The notes beneath the pieces are model-generated. The model ran no database searches. It was not told the DNA's origin and was given only the letters and a program-made list of their open reading frames with translations. A stretch of 64,000 nucleotides of DNA from Lytechinus pictus (Eukaryota), in NCBI RefSeq assembly GCF_037042905.1, contig NW_026974140.1, positions 14,012,001 through 14,076,000 on the forward strand. Reading direction: 5' to 3'. The translations under genes and the position numbers were made by a program. Numbering within the stretch: position 1 is the stretch's first letter; every line of letters starts with the position of its first letter. Positions 25,401 to 37,400 of this stretch are shown here, piece after piece.

Positions 25401-28400
25401 TCATGTCACTTCCTCACAATTATAGCCATTGTATAGTCAAGGTGTGTGCAATTTTTGTGATTTCCATGGGTAATTTGCATATTTTGGTGGTCATATTGGA
25501 TTTTGCCAATTTGCAGAAAATAACTCAAGGTGACGCAAATGGCATCATTCAGATTTGGAATCAGCACCCTCAAATTGACAACAAACCATAAAAAGACATT
25601 GTATTTATCAAAAAACAAGGTTCGGTCCATTTTCTATGGGGCCCAGCCTGGACTAAGGAGACCAAGAATGATGGTGGAGTAGTTATATCATTTCATCCCT
25701 AATGCTACAAGGTTGCCGCATTTGTTAATGTAATTAGTTTTACTGCACTTTTTTTTTTGTATATTGATATCCATGGTGTAGTAATGAGGAAAGGATTAAG
25801 TTTTGTTTTAATAGCCAATTTTCTATTTATTATTTTTATATTTTCAGTTTGTTCTAATAATAATTATATTAAGTTCAATATGTCATATTTTGGTGGACCT
25901 ATATAGAAATCTAATAAAGTGGTTAATCCCATGAGTAGGAAATAATATTTTCTTAATGATATTTATAAATGATTAGCAATGAATTGATAAGAAATGTGTT
26001 GCTGAGGAGCTTCAATGATAAAGCAACTACCCAAAGTAAAAGCAAAACTTATTAATTTCAACTTTTGTAATGATTTATCTGTACCTAGATTATCAGCCCT
26101 ATTGATAAAGGGATTGCTAAAAACATTGAGGAGAACTTAGAGCCATGGTCAGACTCCTGGGATACATCCATCTTAACGAGAAGTAAACTATTGACCGATC
26201 CTTTTGATGATGTTCTAGATAGTTATATCCAAGACCTACAACAAAAATGTCTACATAGGTAAAAATATTTGATTGTAGGGTTGAAACATTTTTTTTTAAT
26301 TATAAGAAAAGTAAACAGTTACAAAAATGATATGGTGTATTTATATTATTGCTCACATATCCACCTTTTTAGGTGCTCAAGGCATTCCTATTTTACCCTG
26401 GCTAAGCTAGGCCACCAATTTCAGTGCTAAGCCTCTATGGATTGATTAATGTTAATTTATTAGGTGATGATTTGAAATTGGTGTCTATGGGAATTGTTTC
26501 TTGTTCTGTGAGAGAAACTTGTATATATAAAGATAGAAATATCATTAAGACTGATTCATATATTTAGACATATATTTTGTTTCTATCAATCTATTTCTAA
26601 TTGATATTGGTGACTTAGTGCTATATAATGCTACTAAATATTTTTCTATTCAGAGAAATAAATGAGAAGACCCCATTGAAGTTCACATACTCAGCCATGC
26701 ATGGTGTAGGTACTAAATTCATATGTGCTGCAACTCAATCCTTTGGATTTCAACCACTGATTATGGTGAAAGAACAGGTGAGCTTTAGTTAGATTAACTC
26801 AAGTAAACTGCTATTTGTCCCTTTAATGTTTTGAAAATACTTCAATGAGCAACAAGATGTAGGTTAAAATGAAATTAGTGTATAAATCATCCCCTTAGTT
26901 GTTGCAAAGGACAGTTGTTTTGTAGATGCAAAATAAGTTTTATGTACATAGATGGCCTACATGTACTCGGCTCTAAATTAGCCCTCATAACCATGTTATT
27001 GGGTTTAATTTTCTCTTTGTAATTTAAAAACTAGATGTTCATGATGAATCAGATTTTCCTTTTTATTATACGCCCGTCCTAGACGGGATGTATTATGGTA
27101 TCACACTCGGTGTCTGTCCGTCTGTCTGTCCGTCCATCCGTTAACTTTTCCATGTAAACGCGATAACTTCGTTTTGACTGTATCAAGACTCATATAATTT
27201 GGTGTGTATTATACTAGCATGGATCCCAGGAAGCCTATCGATTTTGGGGGTCAAAAGGTCAAGGTCACAGTGACATGCTTTCATCTTACCCTTCTAAAGT
27301 TCTTGTAAACGCAATAACTTCAGTTTAACTTCACCTAGGCTCATATAATTTGGTGTGTATGATACTAGCATGGATCCCAGGAAGCCTATCGATTTTGGGG
27401 TCAAAAGGTCAAGCTCACAGTGACATGTTTTCATCTTACCCTTGTGAAGTCCTTGTAAACGCAATAACTTTAGTTTAATTTGACCTAGGCTCATATAATT
27501 TGGTTTGTATGATGTTAGCATGGATCCCGGGAAGCCTATTGATTTTTAGGTCAAAAGGTCAAGTCGCCAACTTTCTTTCTTGCTTGACCAATAACTCCAT
27601 TTTCCATGTTACAGGCTGACGTATTATGTGCTCGCCCTAGCGATCTCATGAAACTGCTAACTATAATGTCTTTGTGTTCTTTGTAATGACTCAGATATCA
27701 TTAAATAGGTTTTAGTTGAAGCAACCTTGGTGTATTCAAAGAATAGCACAATGTGGATGATCTTTTTTACTGAAAGAGTAATAAGGATAGAGATATGATC
27801 TCTAAATTAAGTGATGAAAAGCAATAATAAGAACCACTACACACCTGTGGACCATTTCATAAAAGGACTTTGTGGATAAAACATCCGACTAAGTATGTTT
27901 TATCTGACAGTTACCATAGGAACTGTTTTTATCACCCAATAAAAATCAAGGAAAGTTGTTAGATATGACAACTTGTCGGATTACAAATGTTGATGCAATG
28001 CTCTCCTGTGCTTGCTTCCATCAAATCTTCAACTCCCATATCTAATCCCAAGGTAAAATATTAATCCAGATAATTTTTCCAGTCCTGACTGGTCTTTGGA
28101 TTTTCACTTTAATAGTTAAACTGTTTAGCAGTCTTCCTTTGTATTGTAATGAAACCCATAGGTTGAACCAGACCCTGAATTCCCCACCGTCAAGTATCCC
28201 AATCCTGAAGAGGGAAAGAGCGCCCTTGATCTCTCCATGAGTACAGCCAAAGCCAACGGTAGCTCCATCATCATCGCCAATGACCCTGATGCTGATAGGC
28301 TGGCAGTAGCTGAGAGGCAGAGAGATGGACAGTGGAAGATATTCACTGGGAATGAGCTTGGTGCACTCTTAGGTTGGTGGTGCTACTCGTGTGCTAAACA

Positions 28401-31400
28401 ACAGAATGGAGTCGAATCAACAGGTAGGATTATGTTAAATTTTAAACACAATAGAGAGAGTTTGTGCTGAGAATATCAACTTTAATTTTATAGGAAGCAA
28501 ATAATGACCACTGTTGAAGGTGAATGAACAAGCTATGTAGGAGGCAATTTAAATGTAGCTATCACAATCTTATCCTCCACTGCACTGTAATGATGATGAT
28601 TTGCTTTATATTTTTGCATTGGAAACAATACAAAGGACATGAACATATTTCTTTTAAAAGTGACATCTTTACTAGAACAACGTGGATTTGTATGACCAGG
28701 TGAAATGTTGATAATGATTAATCTGATATTGAATCTGCTTAGAAATGCAGTATTGAAGTGATATGAATTATTCACTAAATGTTTATTAAGTTGATATGAT
28801 CATATTCTGGCAAATGCAGAATGCCACCATTTGTTTGATGGGCCATTTGCTCTTTATCACTGATCAATTGTACCAAATCAGATGGAAACATTCTTGGTAT
28901 GTGGGCTCTTTCTTAAGAACAAGACCAATCTTCACCGTCATGATCTTCTCAGTAAAGTTGACACAGTTTTCATCTCCCAATGTTGATTCTGGAATGCTGA
29001 TGATCCAGACATTGTTCCTTTGGGAGCATCCTTCGCTTTCGTTGATATCAACGTATTGATGGCAACTCTAGATTGTAATTTATGCACCTCCGATTCCATT
29101 TTTCTCATTCTTTTTCAAAGCATGCATATTTTTCCCCTCACTCTTCGGCTCTCGTGCTACTGGCAGAGTTCAGATTATTTCTCAAAAATCTTGAAGTTCT
29201 TCAATGAGGCAGTGGTATCTCGGATCATCTCTGATCAACTTGTTGATGGCTGCTTTGAAGAACTTATCTATTTCATCATGGTTTACGTTGTCTTGCAAGT
29301 TCAAGGAATCTAAACAGCTGGAAGTGTCCTTCAGTTCCTTGTGGTCTATGGACTGGCCTCAACACCGCATAGTGATCCAGTATTTGATGGTTTCAGCTCC
29401 CTTGAGGTGTCTGATTCTGAGGTATCAGAAAGTCCTCACCTGTGCCTGACTTAAAAGCATCTTTGGCTTATTTGTTGCTGACTTCTTCTTTAATTTTTTT
29501 TTTTTTTTTTGGGGGGGGCATGATGAATGTTGAGTCAAAAAGAGCAACAAAATAATCCAAAACCATCCAAGAGATTAGAGAATATCAAATCCAAGTTGAA
29601 AAAATTACAGAGGCTAAATGTCACGTCTTATTCTTAGACAGCCATTTATATCTATTTTCTATGTGATAAATATCACTTCAATACTTTCTTTCAGTAATTC
29701 TTTTGAAAAAAATGACTAATTTCTAAAACTTAAGTGAATTTGTTCTGATTGTATATTTTGACAGTCCTGCTAGGCCAAGCTTTTTTTTCAACATGTAAAT
29801 CTTGTAGAATTTATACAAAATTGTGTACATATAGTATATTTTCATCTATTTTAGCGGATAAAGTCATGTACACATACATACTGTCTCTGAATTAACTGGT
29901 CAGATGGAGGTTGAAATAGACATTATAGAAAATTTGTCTTCCAGAAGTAATATTATTTAAAAACCAACCATTTAGTCTTTCTAATGTTTCCATTGTTTTC
30001 TTATTTTTCATCCACAGATAGCGATATGTACATGCTTGCCAGCACAGTCTCATCTAAGTTATTGCAAAAAATGGCAGAATATGAGGGCTTTCACTTTGTG
30101 GTAAGGGTAAATGAAACTTTTATGGGGGATCAATATATTGCTTTGAAAAAATAGAAAACATCAAACTTCGTTGTAACTTATTCTCAGAAAATATGTCTAG
30201 TAAGCAGATTATTTAGTTATTTCAGGGGATTTTTTTTTTAAAGTAGCTTGAAAGTTTTGGCATGCACGTAACAAAAAATATGATTTTAAGAATACGTTAT
30301 TTAGTGGTATGAAATGAAACAATGACCAGGGGATGAGGTAGGTAGCTGGAATCCAAAAGCAAATGTAATGTGTTGTAAATTTGGTCATGGGTATATCCTG
30401 CTGATTCAGTAGCTTCCCTTGGGTCACTACACATTCTGACTTATTATTTATTCTTTATTTATTTCAGGAAACACTGACGGGTTTCAAATGGATGGGAAAC
30501 AAAGCTGTTGATCTGATCAAAGAAGGAAAGAATGTTATCTTTGCTTTTGAAGAAGCAATAGGTAAGGTGATATCTCTTAATCTTTAAAGAGTTTGTGTAT
30601 GTTACACCGTAGTCATTTTCTATGAATCTTATCAAACCAGGTATTGTAAGTGGGATTATATTGCTTTATTATTCTCTTAAATTACCTGGTTTACAGTCTA
30701 TAATGGAAAAATTATAATCTGTACTTGCGTGTGGATGATTCTGTTTTGTAATAAATTGATCCTGGATAAACCTATTCTTTAAAGTAGAACTATATTGAAA
30801 ATCGTAAAAATGGAGAATCATATATCAAATTAAAGGAGAAAATAAGGAGAACACGATGGTGTAAATCATTTATCATGGAGACCGATGGAACTCAGTTAAT
30901 TGATAGTTTAAAGTTCTCTCTCTGAATGCTTCAAACACGCAGAATTACGTCCGCGAAATTGGGGATTTTTTATGACGTCACTTTCTGTACGAGAGGTGTG
31001 ATTGGCTCTCCAACGTGAAGCTCCACTTGCATGCAAAACCTGTTGCGAGGGTACGTTTTCTCCACATTGTCACTGAATACTTCGATCCCGAAATGAAAGA
31101 AAACCCAGAATTTTATCTAAATTTGGATTTTCAAATTGATGATTATGAAGATGAAGAGAATGATGATGAAGTTTCTAACTCTAGAAAAACAAAGTGACGT
31201 GGGTAGAGGTATACATAAGGGGAATTACGCCGGTGATTATGAGTCGGACAATTCAACTTGCATGCCGATTCGCTACCAACACATGCAGCTGATAGCTGCT
31301 CCGCGGGTCAAATCCATGAAAATGAATTCCATCACGACCACATCCAGACAGAGTCTCTTTCTTCTATCAACAACATAATGAGAATGAAAATAATGATATA

Positions 31401-34400
31401 ACTGTACTTACAAACAAGTGAATATATCCGAACCTAGGCTGAAGGTAAATCAACTCAAGGAATAACAGCAGACGATATGCACCGACGATGAATTTCACGT
31501 GGCTGGGAGATTGTCACTCGTTCTGTTAGATAAAATTTCTATCTCATTATTTTGACTAAATTACGAAACTCTGAGAATTAGTATTCTACATAAAAATTAA
31601 GTAACACCTGGTACTATTTTTTGAATTACGATAAAACCTTTTTGAAGCAAAGAAAATGAGGTAAATTAAAATTAGATATAAAAGATCATCCGCCTAGCTC
31701 GCATTCGATTGTAAACAATCAGCAAGGCGAGCACATAGAGTTGGATAAAGCTACGCTCCAACTCTATGGGCGAGCAAGCCAATGAACTGAAAATACGTAT
31801 TTTCAGTTCAGTGGAGCAAGCTGGCCATGTGCTTTTGATTGTTTGTTTACAATCGCATGCGGCTAAGTGGATGATCCTTTATATCTTATTTTAATTTACC
31901 TCAATTTCTTTGCTTCAAAAATATTTTATCGTAATTAAAAAAATAGTACCAGGTGTTACTTAATTTTTATGTAGAATACTAATTCTCCGAGTTTCGTAAT
32001 TTAGTCAAAATAATGAAATAGAAATATTATCTAACAGAACGAGTGACAATCTATTCCAGCCACGTGAAATTCATCGTCGGTGCATATCGTCTGCTGCTAT
32101 TCCTTGAGTTGATTTACCTTCAGCCTAGGTTCGGATATATTCACTTATTTGTAAGTACAGTTATTTTATTATTTTCCTTCTCATTATGTTGTTGATAGAG
32201 GAAAGAGACTCTGTCTGGATGTGGTCATGCTGCATGGAATTCATTTTCATGGATTTGACCCGCGGTGCAGCTAGCAGCTTCATGCGTTGGTAGCGAATCG
32301 GCTTGCAAGTTGAATTGTCTTACTCATCATCACCGGCGTAATTCCCTTAATTTACCACCATCCACGTCACTTTGTTTTTCTAGAGTTAGAAACTTTATCA
32401 TCATTCTCTTCATCTTCATAATCATCAATTTGAAAATCCAAATCTAGATAAATTTCTGGGTTTTCTTTCATTTCATGATCGAAGTATTCAGTGACAATGT
32501 GGAGAAAACATACCCTCGCAACAGGTTTTGCATGCAAGTGGAGCTTGACGTGGGAGAGCCAATCACGCCTCTCGTACAGACAGTGACGTCATCAAATTCG
32601 AGTCAATTCAGAGACCGATGCGAGGCATATTTCGGAGAGGCATTTTAGCGCTTTTTAATCGGCGATTTCCACCTTATGTATTATTTTCGTTATTTTTGAA
32701 TGACCTAATGGTAATCCTCACATCATTACCTTTCCACTGATATATAATAAGGCCATATTCATAATCAATATATTTCTCCTTTAATGGTTTCATGTCCTAT
32801 TTAAAGGTCAAGTCCACCCCAGAAATATGTTGATTTGAATAAATAGGGAAAAATAAAACAAACATAATGCTGAAAATTTCATCAAAATCGGATGTAAAAT
32901 AAAAAAAGTTATGGCATTTAGAAGTTTCGCTTATTTTTCACAAAACAGTGATATGCACAACTCAGTGACATGCAAATGGGTCAGTGGATGATGTCCATCA
33001 CTCACTTTTTCTTTTGTTTTTTATTGTTTGAATTATACAATATTTCATTTTTTACATATTTGACAATAAGGACCACCTTGACTGAACCATATAGTATTAA
33101 ACAATGCTAATTCCACATGTTCAGGGAGGAATTAATTGTTGTTTCCCTTGACAATGAAGAGAAAATTATAATATTTCATATTTTATATACTGAAATACAA
33201 AAGAAATAGTGAGTGGATGACGTCATCAGTCTCCTCATTTGCATACCGACCAGTATGTGCATATAACTGTTTTGTGAAATTAAGTAAAACTTTAAAATGT
33301 CGTAACTTTTTTACTTTACATCCGATTTTGATGAAATTTTCAGTGTTATGCTTGTTGGATTTTTCTCTTTTATTCAAATGAACTTTTTGTTGTGGTGGAC
33401 TTGTCCTTTAAATCCTTGTGTATTTCAGGTTAATGTACATGAATCATAGCTTGTATTGTTGAAATCTTTCACACACCATAATCAGTTAATGGGACTATAT
33501 ATCTTTGCCTACATCCAGGGTTTATGTGTGGGACTATGGTAATGGACAAGGATGGCATCAGTGCTGGAACGTTAGCTTGTGAAATGGCTGCATATCTCAA
33601 GTCAATCAACCTCACATGCACAGAAAAACTAGAAGAAATCTATGCAAAGTAAGCATATTACAGTATATTGTATGATTAAACAAAAAAAAGTGAAATTAGA
33701 GAATATATCAGTATGTTTCATACCTTCTGTAAATGATGATTACTTTTGAATTCAAGCTATTGTAAACATATCAGTGTTCCTTAACTCACTAGAAGTTTCT
33801 ATATTTTTGAAAGCAATATAACAATAGGATTTTTATTCAAAAGATTCTAGACATTACTTTCCTCCTCCCCTATATTGCCTTTACCCCTGTTTGCTCCTCC
33901 TTGTCTTCACCCCCACCCCTTCTCTGTATTTTCACCTCATTGTCATTTGTCTCTCTTTCTGTTATCTCTCTCAGGTATGGTTACCATGTGTCAAAGAATT
34001 CTTACTACATCTGTCTCCAACCTGCAACAATAATGGCCATGTTTGATAGGATACGAACATTGCATCAAGGATCAGTAAGGATTTTTTTCTTTAAATCATT
34101 GAAAGCAATCGTGATTATATAGATACTTGTATAGGGTGTTAAATCATTTTGATATGCCGTGTAATATAAATCAGTATTGTGACAAAGTATCATGTTCTGA
34201 TTCCACTACCTTTGTTACTTTTTTGGTGTAATCTCATTATAATTTACAGCCAAGTTTTCAAATAATAATTTCCACTGAGACCATTAACTATTTTTAGAGC
34301 TTGGAAATGTCATTAATATCATTTTCAGACAAAAATAGGAATCGCCATTTTAACAACAAATTTTTCCTTTAAAAAATGCCAAAATTGTGTATAAAGGGGG

Positions 34401-37400
34401 CCATTTTATATGATTTCCCTCCCATACTTATAAGTGTCATTTTCATTCCCATATTTTGCGTTAAAAATGGCCAAGTTGATATTAGACCAAGTTAAACACA
34501 ATGTTATACAAGCTTATAATTTATGATGAAAGGTGTGTTACGTTTCAGCACAGTTGAATAGTTGAACAGTTGACATCAATTTCAGAATAGTGCCAACTGC
34601 CATCATGCCCCCCTCCCCCGATCAAAAACAACCCAGTCATTGAGAGTAAAAGGATTAATATGCTTTCTTGATATGACATAGAGATTATGATTTATTACGA
34701 TGCATATTTTTGTCTCTTCCAGTATCCAGATTCAATAGGTAATAGCAAAGTAACATCTGTAAGAGATCTGACGACGGGATATGATAGTTCTCAACCAGAC
34801 AAACAAGCTGTAAGTAAACAAAAAAAAGGGGGGGGGGGGCTTATAAGATATGAGGAAGAACTGAGAATACACTGAGCCTTTAATCTGAAAATGGGGATTT
34901 ACCCTGTAAACAATCAATTAAACATAAACATTTCTTATAATGTATAGACATTTCTTGTAGACAATCAATTGAACATTTCTTATATATTGAATGACTTTAA
35001 ATCAGTTAAAAGAATATTCAGTCCCTTAGAATCTTACTTTGAAGAAAAGTTGTTTATAATCAGTGCCTACATAAACCCTCTGCCTCCCTTGGTTTTCTGT
35101 ATAATATAAATTTTTGTGTATTGGAATTGTAGAAATTTTTATGATGAGAAATAGGTTTGACTAGGTCCAGTCAATGTAATAACTCTGTTTCATTGATTAA
35201 AAGAACCTATGATTTTGTGCTTATAGTTTAGGTTGCTCCCTGTTTAAATTTGGTTCACCAATATAATAAAGTCTGTTAAGATTTTTATTTTCTTTGTACG
35301 CGCTTTGGGCCTTATGGGAAAAGTGCCGTATAAGTAATCAGTATTATTAAGTGGCATAAAAATGTAGTGCTGTTATCGGTAAGAAAATTCTCTGTCGATA
35401 TATCGCTAAAAATATCTTACCAATATCGATAATTATCAACAAAAGAACACAATCGATATGCATTTTTTATGCATTGATTAAATATTAGCAATGTCACAAT
35501 AGTTGGTACTTGTCTTTGGTCGCTAAAATTGAGCTTGCGCTTGTGAAAGTTTTTGATGTGATCGAGTGGAATTGAGTGCAGTCACAATATTTGGATTGTC
35601 ATGATTATAGCGAATTGAGATCGTGTTTTGTGGCTAGTTAGTATTCGTATTTTGTTGAGATTTTGGAGTAATTTCTGTTGATGTTCTGTTCATTTTGAGG
35701 AAAAATACATTTTCTGTGATTTTCCGTTTCAGAAAAGCCACTTTCAAAAGGCCGTTTCCATGAATTCCGTCCATTATCTGCAATCGCGGAAAATCACTGT
35801 CATGTCCCTACATAATAGTGGTATTATAGACAACGAGAGAAAGGTTATAGATATCGCTAAGTGGCAAAAATATGCGATTATCGACAAGACTAGTGATAAA
35901 GAGGTTAATAGCACTATAAAAATGTGAAAACCACACCTGTCTCTAAACACAATATGTAATATTTTCATTCTGATGAGATTATTGACAGAACATTTCTCAT
36001 CTTCCTTGAGTGGTCTTTATACATATGTTTCCCAATATATCTTTGTTTCATCCCTTTATAGATCCTCCCTGTAAGTAAATCAAGTCAGATGATCACATTC
36101 ACATTTGACAACGGTGTCACAGCTACTCTAAGAACCAGTGGGACTGAACCAAAGGTCAAATACTATACTGAAATATGTGCAGACGTAAAACAGAGGTAAG
36201 TCCCTCTCTGTGAGCCTTCTTTTGAATTTGATATGAAATTCTACACAGCATTTTTTATAAGCAGAATGATTGCCCATAGTGTGTAGTACTGTTCCTGTCT
36301 CTTCAATTTTTTTATATTGATTTTAAATTGGATATCTTAAATGTTCAATCTTAAAGTTTTGGTCGATTTAAATCAATCATCAATGAAAGTGGGTGGTAAA
36401 AAACTTTTTTCCTGAAATGAGAGAAAAAAATTCAATGAATTCCTTGGTACATTATCGTTTTCATAAATATTGATAAGGCATTATAGATTTTTGTTTTTAA
36501 TTAAACCCAATTTTAATTATGGAATACCACCTTCATAACAATTTTCCTTACCTAAGAGGTTGATATACCTTAGTGTTTCAGACATCTGTTCATAAAGCTA
36601 TACATACATATAAAGAAAATTGATAACCTAAATTTTCATGATTTTATAAAATAATAATAATAATAAATGCAAATTATTAGGCACCATATCCATCTCTTAA
36701 GAGATGCTCAAGGTGCACAAGTGAAAGGGGGGGGGGGCAAAACAAAATAAAGAATCTTCATTGATAAAATGAGCTCTCCAGGATCTCTCGGAGGGAATTC
36801 CATAGTGAGGGCCCTGCATGGATGAATGCCCCATCCTCCCACTTTGTTTTACATCTCTATCACTTTTTGTCTTGCCTGCAGAGCAGAGCGAGACTATAGG
36901 CGCTGCTTTTCCGATGGCGGCGGCAGCATTGTCAACATTGAAATCTTAACCAAGGTTAAGTTTTTGAAATGTCATCATAACCTAAAAAGTAAATGGACTT
37001 AGTTCATAAAACTTGGACATAAGGGTAATCAATTATTAATGAAGATCCTGCCAGAGTTTCAAGTCACATGACCAAAGTAAAAGGTCATTTAGGGTCAATG
37101 AACGTAGACCATGTTGGGGGAATCAATATCGAAGTCATAACCAAGGTTAAGTTTTAAAAGTCAAGTATATGGACCTAGTTCATGAAACTTAGACATAACG
37201 GTAATGGTATATCACTGAAGATCCTGCCCGAGTTTCAGGTCACATGACCAAGGTCAAAGGTCACTTGGGGTCAATGAACTTTGGCTATATTGGGAGTATT
37301 TGTGGAATTGTCATCATAACTTTAAAAGTTTATGGATCTAGTTCATGAAACTTGGACATTAAGAGTAACCATATATCCCTGAATATCCTGTTTGTGATTC

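Noticed and set aside
31015-31378. Acidic ORFs in the palindrome arm (possible Kolobok accessory gene remnant)
   Set aside because: Short, and not conserved as open frames in the opposite arm; no diagnostic motif.
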